Shown: positions 1-10,643 of the stretch, in pieces
Position numbering within the stretch: the stretch's first letter is position 1
How the letters are laid out: each line of letters begins with the position of its first letter
NCBI GenBank assembly: GCA_965235115.1
Contig: OZ249436.1
Location: 44,394,001 to 44,458,000 of the forward strand
DNA from: Laetmonice hystrix
Taxonomy: Eukaryota
DNA length: 64,000 nt
Direction of reading: 5' to 3'
Position numbers and translations under genes: made by a program
The notes under the pieces: generated by a model
What the model saw: only the letters and a program-made list of their open reading frames with translations
The model's database searches: none
Told to the model about the DNA's origin: nothing

Positions 1-1952
1 CCTGGCCGTTATCACTGACTGACCGTATGCCTCCTGTCTACACCGACAGTCAGACTAAACGACCCAAGTAGCCAGCGCCACCTCCCGGATAGCGATATCA
101 CCAAACCTCCAGGCAGCCACGTGGTCAACACTGCCACGTGGTCAGATAACCAGAAAATCATTAGTCTGAGACAGTGGTTCTCTCGGTAAACCTATGGACC
201 GCCCAAACTGTGCTGGTTTGATTAATTAAGGGTGATCCCAACACATCCCCCGAGCTGCCATGAATTCATTCGAAGAGATTCGACTTAACCACCCCGGATA
301 TAAATATATCGAGCTAGGGAATCGACATTACGTGTAAGGTCATAGGTCTAGTGGTAAAGTGCCGAGACAACGGATGGTAACGGTGTTACTGACTCCAAGA
401 CTGTAATAAATCCTTGTTATTTATTGCTCTCACAAGGAGAGATCCTCAGCAACAGAACAAGGTCTAGCATGAAACATGTGAATAAACTGTTTGTATCTTG
501 AGTGAGGCTATGTATTATGCTGTCCTTGCCATGCCCTTGAAATCGCATAATTAAGAATGACTTGCATGTGACAGCAGTCTTTAGTATGAGGTTTGGGAGG
601 GCACAACGATTGTATACATGTATATTTATATACGGATCGTCAAGTGCTGTGGTTACAGCACTATCGGGCAGACAAGGCCAGCCCCAGGGGAATGGTATTT
701 TGTGGAGGAGCCATTTAGAGTTTTGCATTGTGGGTTGAACCCCAGGTGGGGTGTTCAAGGGCGGAAAGGTGGTGTAGTTTTGCCACAGAGACTGGGGACG
801 CCACAAGGTTAGGGTTCCCTGCCGGGATGGGCGTGGCAGGGGCGGGGGTCACCACAGGTGCCCGGCGGTGGTGGCGACGGCAGTCGGAGAGCTTCTGCCG
901 CCATTCACGGCTGACGGGCGCGGAGAAAGGCCTGGGACTGGGAAGGGCCACCCTCGCCGCATGACATCGCCGGCTTGCCGCCCCTCACCACGGCAAACGT
1001 CGGCCTCACAAGGCCGCCTACCGCGACCCCCAACAGACCAGACAGCGACATTGGCGCTGTCCATTCTGTCATCTTGTTTGGCCATCTTTCTCTCAACCGC
1101 CGCTTGTTTACGGTACATTTCACCGCGGAATGACGAGGCTTTGTCTGTGGTCAGCCAACAGACATACTCATGAGACAACTCGGACATAAAGACTGTCATC
1201 ATGGGCCCTGCCTCAATCATTACTGACGACACGACGACTGAACGGTCTGGGCATTCGTTTAGCTACAGACACCGGTTGGCATGGCAACTTCATGGCATGA
1301 TTAGCACAGATAGCCTATGGCCAACTCATACTGTTGGGCGGCGCACAGTTTCAAATGTTGGATGTTTTTCAGTTAGAATGATTGTCCAAGATGATGTTAT
1401 GTAATTTATCCGAGATTCCTACTGTGGTGGAGAAAAACATCTAACTCTTCCAAAGATCTTTCCTATTTCAGCAGCCCATCTATTTGCTCTAAAACTCGAC
1501 TCCATGCAATAAAAATATCTTTGTTATAACCTGTAATAACTTTATTCCAATTTCTCACCTTCTCAACTTCTAATTTTCTGTTCACCCCATTCCCTTGGAT
1601 GATTGAATTTAGAGCAGAGCTATGGACCCTTTGACAAGCCCTTGTTGTATTTTGTACCTGATCAATTTTGCGAAAAACCCCTAATTCATACATTATATAT
1701 ATGTTACTTATATTATAAGCATGACTGCATATATGTCAGTTTAGTTTTACTGTTTAGTATTGAGCCTTATGATCTCCGTCCTGCGCCAGCTACAACTATA
1801 CCATTGAACATTCATTAATCATGATATCCATGTCTTTATCCCTTATAGGCACATCATTGGTATCTTTACATTCCTTCAATTAGTAACAATAAAATTGATC
1901 TCTGTATAGAGATATTTATAAATGGTAAATTATATCACGGTCTATACAGTAA

Positions 1953-2163
1953 AGGGCCCTATCCACTAAGCCGATTCCCCTTGTGACGGCCATGCGATTT
2001 TTGATTTAATGGTGGAATTTCATGCTGAAATTTTTCCTGGCTGGCCTTCCCTGTTTAAGGAAATGGATTCCATCCTTCAATCTCAAAATAACAGTAAAAT
2101 AAAAGGGTGATGTCAAAATCGCATGGGCGTCGCAAGGAAAATCGGCTTAGTGGATAGGGCCCT
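1953..2163. mobile_element. MITE, PIF/Harbinger-like (211 bp)
   Basis: TIRs AGGGCCCTATCCACTAAGCCGATT...AATCGGCTTAGTGGATAGGGCCCT extending imperfectly to ~50 bp; TAA on both sides (1950-1952, 2164-2166); no ORF. The family call rests only on the TWA TSD. Confidence 0.8.
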
Positions 2164-2964
2164 TAATTGATTCAAACCATCGCTTTATAGACAAGTAAAT
2201 ATTGGTTTGGGTTCTCCAAAAAGTCCTTTCATTATGTGGACTTCCATTCTATAACGGTTCAGCATGGTGACCTTTGGAATGTTCCGCTAATCATTATAGC
2301 GAGGTATCGCCTACCGTGCTACCCTTCCCATCGCACGGACCCATTTCTGACGGCGACTACTGGTATTGTAGCTGTATTGTTTTAGCTTACAATGGAGCTG
2401 TGTACGTGTTAATATCACCCATGGCAGTAATAGTTATAAATACCCCGGCCGCCAGGAATCGAACCGTCTTACACCTGCCGGCCCAAGGTGTGAAGCGGAA
2501 GACAATAGGTGTATTACAAGGTTGTACAACGGGAGGCACGTATTGTTAAACGTTTCGCTGATTGGATTATGGCCTGTCTGTACTCGGTAACAAGGTTTAG
2601 TTTGATATAACAGGATTCTGAACTGAATCCTACAGTCTAGTAATGTCTCATGATAAAAATAAACGATGTGTTTTCCACCCTCCTACATTTCCCACCCATC
2701 TATCTTGAGTGCATTCGGTAAAACTATAGACGTTATTTCTCTTTTCTTGTAACTCCTAATCCCAAATTAACAACAGTTTGGCTTAATAAAAACATATAGC
2801 CCTATTAGCAATAGTTTGGCACGATTGAAAGACTGACTCAGCAATATCTTTTAAGTGGTTCTAAAACGGCCTAGCACTCTAACTTAACGGTCAAACGATG
2901 GAGTTTGCGTCATAGAGTTACATCAATAATATACAAGGAGGCACACTTACTAACTCTCTTTCCC

Positions 2965-3085
2965 TAACATTGTTAAATGTTAACATTGATAAACAGAACA
3001 ATCAGGGCTCAACATCAGATACCATTTAACATTGTTAAATGTTAACATTGATAAACAGAGCAATCAGGGCTCAACATTAGATACC
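2965..3085. repeat. 62-bp tandem duplication (2 copies)
   Basis: TAACATTGTTAAATGTTAACATTGATAAACAGA... starts at 2965 and 3027. Confidence 0.85.
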
Positions 3086-3728
3086 TTGTGTTTGGAATGG
3101 AATTCGGCGTAGGCTGGATTAAACAACCGTTAGGACCTTGGATACAATATGATTAAAATGAAACGTACCTTTTGTGTTGACCGATTAGATGTTGGTGTCC
3201 TATTCCAAACTGACCGGTTGGTGTGACAAGGTTTCCTCCGTTAACGTCGGGTTCCAGCAGTAGAGATGCGTAACGTTGTTTCCTTCCTGATGTCGTCTGC
3301 TTTACTGATGATGATGTGTGGGCGTCCGCCTCCTTCATAGCCTTGACCTCTGGCGTTCCCTGGTCAGTACGCCGTGAACTTCCGAGCGGGAAGGGCTTCG
3401 CGTGGCCAGTGCCCCAGAAATGACGCCATGATATGAGCCAAGCGTCCCCAGGATGTCCTCCATACCCGCGTCCCTAGCCAGGCCCCACGACTGAAGTGTG
3501 TCTGTGTAAGGACCTCCCATTGTAACTCTCCCCGGCTCCGTGGACCGCGACAATGCCGGGCACCCACAAAGGTGTCAAAAAGGTCTGGAATTAGCCTGGC
3601 AGAAAAAAGGTGTGAGGCCAGGTTCCAACTGAACATGGTACAGGATGACTTTCTTCAAGATCTGTCTAGTTATTTTATTGTTAATCCGGTTTACGCTAGT
3701 TGATGTGGAAGGGATTCACGATTGTGGT

Positions 3729-3965
3729 CGCTAACCCTGTCAAAGGGCCTTGACCTAACAACCTGACCTGCTAGGTATGGAATTATGTTCGCTAACCCTG
3801 TCAAAGGGCCTTGACCTAACAACCTGACCTGCTTGGTATGGAATTATGTTCGCTAACCCAGTCAAAGGGCCTTGACCTAACAACCTGAACTTCTTGGTAT
3901 GGAATTATGTTCGCTAACCCTGTCAAAGGGCCTTGACCTAACAACCTGAACTGCTTGGTATGGAA
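3729..3965. repeat. 61-bp minisatellite (~4 copies; 2 copies in the paralogous segment at ~5497-5610)
   Basis: CGCTAACCCTGTCAAAGGGCCTTGACCTAACAACCTGA... CTAACC recurs at 3731, 3792, 3853 and 3914. Confidence 0.9.
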
Positions 3966-4324
3966 ATGAAACCCCAACTTGGAAATGTACACAATATGAT
4001 CGCCAGTGGCAACTATAGTGCCTGGATGTTATCTTGTATTGATAGTCTATGGCTCTGGGCCGATATGATTGTGTAAACTTAATAAAATACTCGAGTAGTT
4101 GAGATTAGTTTTTAAGACTGTGTATTTGGCACGAATAAATATTATTATGATTGATACGGTGGATTGAAGGAGTGGTGTTTAGAGTAAGTGGCTCACTAGA
4201 TCCTTGACGTTATTGGCATAACTTTCACTTTCTGTGCAGCTACATGTCTGCATTATGGTCATCTGGAATTCCTATATCCAATGGCTATTTATGATTTTTT
4301 CCAATGTTTGTAAATTCTATGTGA

Positions 4325-4395
4325 GCTTCAATAGTACAGTGGTTAGTATCCCGCCTGTCACGAGGGAGACCGGCGTTCAATTCTACGTCGGAGAG
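4325..4395 (+). pseudogene. tRNA-Asp(GTC) pseudogene
   Basis: Aligns to the array tRNA-Asp with the GTC anticodon kept, but has substitutions in the acceptor, anticodon and T stems and a 1-nt deletion. Confidence 0.85.
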
Positions 4396-4616
4396 GACTT
4401 TTTTTAACCACTGAAGACAAATGACTTCTAGAAGGACAATTCTCTGACAGATGAAATAAAAGAAAGACAAGTTATATCTTTTTTGGAATCCTTAACGTAA
4501 TTGCCTGAAAAGGTCTCATAAACATTAATATTTATCGGAAATCCTGACGCTTTTTCGAAGCAATCTGTTACATATTTGATCAAGAATGACTCAATGGCAT
4601 GGGCTATCGGGTCCGC

Positions 4617-5243
4617 AGAGATGTTTGCTCCATGCCAGCAGTCCTTGAGATGTGCTCCATGTCAGCAGTCCCCGAGATGTGCTCCATGTCAGCAGTCCCC
4701 GAGATGTGCTCCATGTCAGCAGTCCCCGAGATGTCCTCCATACCCACAGTCCCCGAGATGTGCTCCATGCCCACAGTCCCCGAGATGTGCTCCATGTCAG
4801 CAGTCCCCGAGATGTCCTCCATACCCACAGTCCCCGAGATGTCCTCCATACCCACAGTCCCCGAGATCCCGAGATGTCCTCCATACCCATGGTCCCCAAG
4901 ATGTCCTCCATACCCGCAGTCCGCAGAGATGTCCTCCATGCCCACAGTCCCCGAGATGTGCTCCATACCCACAGTCCCCGAGATGTGCTCCATGTCAGCA
5001 GTCCCCGAGATGTCCTCCATACCCGCAGTCCGCAGAGATGTCCTCCATGCCCACAGTCCCCGAGATGTGCTCCATACCCACAGTCCCCGAGATGTGTCCC
5101 ATGTCAGCAGTCCCCGAGATGTGCTCCATGTCAGCAGTCCCCAAGATGTCCTCCATACCCACAGTCCCCGAGATGTCCTCCATACCCACAGTCCCCGAGA
5201 TATCCTCCATGTCAGCAGTCCCCGAGATGTCCTCCATACCCGC
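4617..5243. repeat. 27-bp minisatellite (~23 copies)
   Basis: Consensus close to GAGATGTGCTCCATGTCAGCAGTCCCC / GAGATGTCCTCCATACCCACAGTCCCC. Confidence 0.95.
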
Positions 5244-6044
5244 GTCCCTAGCCAGGCCCCACGACTGAAGTGTGTCTGTGTAAGGACCTCCCATTGTGGC
5301 TCTCCCGGCTCCGTGGACCGCGACAATGCCGGGCACCCACAAAGGTGTCAAAAAGGTCTGGAATTAGCCTGGCAGAAAAAAGGTGTGAGGCCAGGTTCCA
5401 ACTGAACACGGTACAGGATGACTTTCTTCATGATCTGTCTAGTTATTTTATTGTTAATCCGATTTACGCCAGTTGATAGGGAAGGGAATTATGTTCGCTA
5501 ACCCTGTCAAAGGGCCTTGACCTAACAACCTGACCTGCTTGGTATAGAATTATGTTCGCTAACCCTGTCAAAGGGCCTTGACCTAACAACCTGAACTGGT
5601 TGGTATGGAAATGAAACCCCCAACTTGGAAATGTACACAATATGATCGCCAGTGGCAACTATAGTGCGTGGATGTTATCTTGTATTGATAGTCTATGGCT
5701 CTGGGCCGATATGATTGTGTAAACTTAATAAAATACTCGAGTAGTTGAGATTAGGCTTTAAGACTGTGTATTTGGCACGAATAAATATTATTATGATTGA
5801 TACGGTGGATTGAAGGAGTGGTGTTTAGAGTAAGTGGCTCACTAGATCCTTGACGTTATTGGCATAACTTTCACTTTCTGTGCAGCTACATGTCTGCATT
5901 ATAGTCATCTGGAATTCCTATATCCAATGGCTATTTATGATTTTTTCCAATGTTTGTAAATTCTATGTGAGCTTCAATAGTACAGTGGTTAGTATCCCGC
6001 CTGTCACGAGGGAGACCGGTGTTCAATTCTACGTCGGGGAGGAC
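5218..6044 (+). repeat. Local segmental duplication, copy 2
   Basis: Paralog of 3444-4398. Confidence 0.9.
5971..6041 (+). pseudogene. tRNA-Asp(GTC) pseudogene
   Basis: Largely the same lesions as 4325-4395; followed by a diverged version of the array tRNA-Asp 3' flank (GACTCTTCCACAA...ATCTCTTGACTT...TCAATTATTGACTTTATACACAG). Confidence 0.85.
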
Positions 6045-6273
6045 GTGTATTCTTTTCGAGACTCTTCCACAAATTCTGACAAAGGTGGGACTTTGAAGGA
6101 AAACTCATGAAATCTCTTGACTTGTAAAAGAAGTGGTTCAGGAAGGCTTACCTTTACCTCGTCAATTATTGACTTTATACACAGCTATCACTTATTGATG
6201 AATGAGAATATTTCGTTTTGTTTTGTCGACATGAGGACACGTCCCCATCCCAATGTGAAAATATGATATTTAA

Positions 6274-6800
6274 AGGGAGTCGTAAAATTCATTTTTTTCG
6301 ATTTATGGCAGTCTTAGAAACATATGATTCGCATACCTTGGACTCCCAGTAACATCACATGAGACTGTTATGGCCCAGCGACCAGTATTTAGTAAGGAAA
6401 ATATGCCAAATCTCTCGCAAATACGTAGCTCAGAATTAGCGAGCGGCCCACAGGATATTTGAGTTGGCCGCGGTCGGGCGATGATGGCGCGTGATCACGT
6501 GACTTCCGGGTGTGGAAGGGAATCTCCCTCTAGTCTAGTGTTGACCTAAATACCGAATGTACACCCGGAAGTCACGTGATCACGCGTCATCATCGCCCGA
6601 CCGCGGCCAACTCAAATATCCTGTGGGCCGCTCGCTAATTCTGAGCTACGTATTTGCGAGAGAGTTGGCATATTTTCCTTACTAAATACTGGTCGCTGGG
6701 CCATAACAGTCTCACATGATGTTACTGGGAGTCCAAGGTATGCGAATCATATGTTTCTAAGACTGCCATAAATCGAAAAAAATGAATTTTACGACTCCCT
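6274..6800. mobile_element. Palindromic MITE with TTAA TSD (Kolobok-like)
   Basis: Near-perfect ~240-bp arms (6274-6513 and 6561-6800) with a 47-bp spacer; termini AGGGAG...CTCCCT; TTAA on both sides. Confidence 0.85.
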
Positions 6801-7391
6801 TTAACAGGAGGTGTCTCTTACAGTTCTACACACAGTTACACGTACAACATAACACATTCAGTTACGCATACAGTAAAACAAATATATCTTACAGGATTTA
6901 CCTTCTAATGGGCTTTTGACATGAGGAATTTTGAAAATAACTTATAAAATGAATGCTCCTCTCAATAACGACAAACAGTCCTCTATAGTATAGTATAATT
7001 TAAAAATATTTCGGTTGAAAGTCTCTCTGTCTTTATTTAGACTGTATACCGGAACTGTATGGTATCAACTGTTGAAGTCAAATTATTCGCGCGCTCAGTG
7101 AACCCTCAACCGTAACGATTTTTCAGCCGGGGATTTTAATCTCACAGGGAACATGCAATCTTTATGACATGAGTGGTAGCCTAGATATAGGAATGTAGAA
7201 CAGTGGGCTAGCTCACGTGGCAATCTACTAAATTGGAGGTAGTTACAAAGAGCAAAAGTCTTGCGAGTTCCTTGAAGCGTTCTGGTATTCAGCAGTATAG
7301 TATCAATTTACAAAGTACTTAGGCATTCCTAATTTATTATTCTCATTATTATTACTATTATATATCGTTAATAAAAAGATATAATATATGA

Positions 7392-7463
7392 GGGGGTATA
7401 GCTCAGTGGCAGAGCATTCGACTGCAGATCGAGAGGTCACCGGTTCAACTCCGGTTGCCCCCT
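7392..7463 (+). tRNA. tRNA-Cys-GCA: tRNA-Cys(GCA)
   Basis: 72 nt GGGGGTATAGCTCAGTGGCAGAGCATTCGACTGCAGATCGAGAGGTCACCGGTTCAACTCCGGTTGCCCCCT; folds as a cloverleaf with A and B boxes. Confidence 0.97.
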
Positions 7464-7468
7464 GAAAC

Positions 7469-7482
7469 TTTTCTCCTTTTTT
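7469..7482 (+). terminator. Pol III oligo-T terminator of tRNA-Cys (present in every unit)
   Basis: TTTTCTCCTTTTTT begins 5 nt after the gene. Confidence 0.8.
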
Positions 7483-7917
7483 GGAAACGTTACATTTATT
7501 TATAGATAATTAGAATTAAATTAGGCCTACGTGTATAGCACATGTGACTCTTCAAGATCAAGACCCAGAAACACTTATCAGTGTCTCCATGTATGTTTGT
7601 GGGTTTGGACTTTGTTGCTCATTATGTGCTATGAGATAAACATCCAAACCCGCAATTTGCCCAGACAAATTTTAAAAGAATATATTGCAACAACATTTGA
7701 ATTATGCCTCCATTTTCCTTCACAATTAATGTTCCTATTTATTAATTATACATGGGTCTTCATAAATAACATAATCACTTGGTTTGCAAATATTGATAAG
7801 GTAAAGCTAAGACCTGAGTCACTTCTGTTGGAAGTCAAAAGATACTTTATACCATCCCAAGCTCTGCCCCCAAACCTAATAAAAGAATTCCACACCATCC
7901 CGTTTAGTCCTAACCAG

Positions 7918-7989
7918 TCCTCGATAGTATAGTGGTTAGTATCCCCGCCTGTCACGCGGGAGACCGGGGTTCAATTCCCCGTCGGGGAG
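7918..7989 (+). tRNA. tRNA-Asp-GTC: tRNA-Asp(GTC)
   Basis: 72 nt TCCTCGATAGTATAGTGGTTAGTATCCCCGCCTGTCACGCGGGAGACCGGGGTTCAATTCCCCGTCGGGGAG; typical metazoan tRNA-Asp. Confidence 0.97.
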
Positions 7990-7995
7990 GATTTA

Positions 7996-8005
7996 TTTTT
8001 CTTTT
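7996..8005 (+). terminator. Pol III oligo-T terminator of tRNA-Asp
   Basis: TTTTTCTTTT just downstream of the gene; deleted in four units. Confidence 0.8.
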
Positions 8006-8481
8006 CTCGACTCTTCCACAAGTTGTGACCACGGTGAGGAGGCTATTTGAAAGAAAAACCAGAAATCTCTTGACTTCCAATAGAAGTGGCCCAGGCAGTC
8101 TTAGCTTTACTTCATCAATTATTGACTTTATACACAGGATGTTTAACAAGAGTTGTTTCTTATTTCAGTGTTCCTCACAATACAACCAGCGATCCTGTAG
8201 CTTAGCCTACCTAGCAACAGGATCGTTGATACAGTAACAAGTCCTCGATTGTAGTTCGGCGGTTTCCACCTGGTGTCAGTGTGGGATAAGGTAGGTTCGC
8301 CGTGACTTCCTCAGATGTGGCCCGAGCACACATACACACCATCCCTATCCTCTAACAGATTGACGACTTGGGGACTTAGCTTGGAGATGTCATAGGCTGA
8401 TGTCATGAGAGGCGGGCCACGTCCCAGCTATCCCGGCGATCGCCACGCCCTCTGTAGGAGATAGACGAGCTTTAATGGAGT

Positions 8482-8497
8482 TGGCCCCCTGGTGGCC
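8482..8497 (-). promoter_or_regulatory. CTCF-like motif (conserved in every unit)
   Basis: Minus strand reads GGCCACCAGGGGGCCA, close to the CTCF core CCACCAGGGGGCGC; motif match only. Confidence 0.5.
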
Positions 8498-8547
8498 GAG
8501 TGCGCCTGGTTGGACCACGTGATATCAACGTGGCGATCGAAGCAGAG

Positions 8548-8549
<2 letters not shown>

Positions 8550-8599
<50 letters not shown>

Positions 8600-8607
8600 C
8601 CTCCCTC

Positions 8608-8673
<66 letters not shown>
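8550..8673. repeat. (CT)n microsatellite (one per unit, variable length)
   Basis: Visible CT dinucleotide run at the same position in each unit. Confidence 0.95.
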
Positions 8674-8676
<3 letters not shown>

Positions 8677-9226
8677 AACAACAGAAATACTAGAAAATTG
8701 ATTGTAGTTGCCTCAGTATGGATGGGTGGTGGTGCCTTGGGTGGCCTCATGTGTTTGCTCATGACACCCAGGACCATCGCCTCACACCATGTGTGAAAGG
8801 TTCCTTCCCGAAGGCAAGGCGTAAAACCCCAAATCTGGCCTTCAATGCAAAGAGCTAGTAGATTCTAACAAACATTTTTGAAAAAAGAGTTTGATGCTTC
8901 TTTAAACTTGCTATCTTATTGCGCAGATATTATGGACTGGTATATCCCACAAACGGTTTATGTGTGAAAGGCTTGTCAGACAGTTGGTCAACCTATACTG
9001 TCCCCCTCTCTCCCTTATCGAGAGATTTTGATAAAGAGTTAAAATTAGGAAATGTAAAGTGTCGGCGATGTAACATAGCTTTCTATCAATATCTCGATGG
9101 ACCTCACTTCGCTCCAACCGAGGACAAAGGACTTATGACGTACTCTACTACTAATTGATATATTTTGGTTGCATTCAATTATCTTGTCATATTAACATTA
9201 TTTTTTATAAAATACAGAACATGTGA

Positions 9227-9298
9227 GGGGGTATAGCTCAGTGGCAGAGCATTCGACTGCAGATCGAGAGGTCACCGGTTCAACTCCGGTTGCCCCCT
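9227..9298 (+). tRNA. tRNA-Cys-GCA: tRNA-Cys(GCA)
   Basis: Identical to 7392-7463. Confidence 0.97.
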
Positions 9299-9751
9299 GA
9301 AGCTTTTCTCGTTTTTGGGGGGAAACGTTATATTTATTTATAGATAACACTTAAATAGCATATGTGACTCTTCAAGATCAAGACCCAGAAACACGTATCA
9401 GTGTCTCCATATATGTTTGTAGGTTTGGACTTTGTTGCTCATTATGTGTGCATGAGATAAACATCCAAACGCGCAATTTGCCCAGACAAAATATTAAAAG
9501 AATATATTGCAACAACATTCAAATTACTGTATGCCTCCATTTTCCTTCACGATTAGGGCCTAATGTTCCTCTTTATTAATTATACATGGGTCTTCATAAA
9601 TTACATAATCACTTGGTTTGCAAATATTGATAAGGTAAAGCTAAGACCTGAGTCACTTCTGTTGGAAGTCAAAAGATACTTTATACCATCCCAAGCTCTG
9701 CCCCCAAACCTAATAAAAAACTTCCACGCCATCCCGTTCTGCCCTAACCAG

Positions 9752-9823
9752 TCCTCGATAGTATAGTGGTTAGTATCCCCGCCTGTCACGCGGGAGACCG
9801 GGGTTCAATTCCCCGTCGGGGAG
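9752..9823 (+). tRNA. tRNA-Asp-GTC: tRNA-Asp(GTC)
   Basis: Identical to 7918-7989. Confidence 0.97.
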
Positions 9824-10643
9824 GATTCATTTTTTCTTTTCTCAACTCTTCCACAAGTTGTGACCACGGTGAGGAGGCTATTTGAAAGAAAAACCAGAAA
9901 TCTCTTGACTTCCAATAGAAGTGGCCCAGGTAGTCTTAGCTTTACTTCATCAATTATTGACTTTATACACAGGATGTTTAACAATCTTGAGTTGTTTCTT
10001 ATTTCAATGTTCCTCACAATACAACGAGCGATCCTGTAGCTTATAGTCGGGGATCCACAGGCCCAAAAGCTCAATAAAATGGGTTGGACCTGACATGGCC
10101 TGCTATACTTTTTGTTTGTGTTTTTTCTATTAATTTGGACATTAAGGTCCACTGAATGAGAGGTCTGCTCTGCCGGAAACCTTGCGAAAAAAAATTGTGG
10201 CCATTTTTGTATATGCGCCCTTTGTTTTTTTAGCGAAAAATGTGAAAAATGTATTTTTCCTAAAAATCCTCAGTGGGTTGTGTAGGCTGTCAATAAATAC
10301 ATCCCAGATACACAGAACAAATGTGTTGACAACGTCAAGTTAAAAAATACACTTACAAAACCTTTCCAAATGATTGAGCAATATGTACCATTCTTTTCAA
10401 CAAACATTATAGTCATTCCACGGTAAACATTATGAAAATCGAACCAAAATCAATGGACCTGTAATGATTTTATTAACCCTACCCCCATACTGCAAATTGT
10501 GGCTGAAACGTCACCATTTTTTAATGTATTTGATTTGGCTTCTATTGCATTTTATAGGTGATCGACAGAGGTATCCTTGGAGTTTCCAGTAATTTTTCTA
10601 CTTAATTACCGGTTATTTCAGGGTAAAGGCATGGAACAAAAGA

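Larger units (their letters stand above)
3444..4398 (+). repeat. Local segmental duplication, copy 1
   Basis: Near-identical to 5218-6044 from GTCCCC..GATGTCCTCCATACCCGCGTCCCTAGCC through the tRNA-Asp pseudogene. Confidence 0.9.
7787..8124. repeat. ~57-bp imperfect inverted repeats flanking tRNA-Asp (every unit)
   Basis: The reverse complement of 7787-7843 (ATCTTTTGACTTCCAACAGAAGTGACTCAGG---TCTTAGCTTTACCTTATCAATATTTG) matches 8065-8124 (ATCTCTTGACTTCCAATAGAAGTGGCCCAGGCAGTCTTAGCTTTACTTCATCAATTATTG). Confidence 0.85.

Noticed and set aside
162..260. TAGTCTGAG... possible DNA-transposon terminus
   Set aside because: I could not find a matching inverted end downstream or a TSD.
417..1404. GC-rich segment with several overlapping 60-130 aa ORFs
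   Set aside because: No recognisable domain or consistent frame; it may be a decayed retroelement or an exon, but needs BLASTX or RNA-seq to support.
3153..3660. Possible minus-strand exon ending at a donor-like AAG|GTACGT near 3167
   Set aside because: No recognisable protein, the reading frames are discontinuous, and part of it lies in the decayed duplication.
4576..5405. Cys/Pro/Gln-rich ORFs (CAPCQQSPR repeats) resembling SPRR or keratin-associated proteins
   Set aside because: They come from the 27-bp minisatellite, which is open in most frames on both strands; indels switch the peptide pattern mid-ORF and the 4576 ORF starts at TTG.
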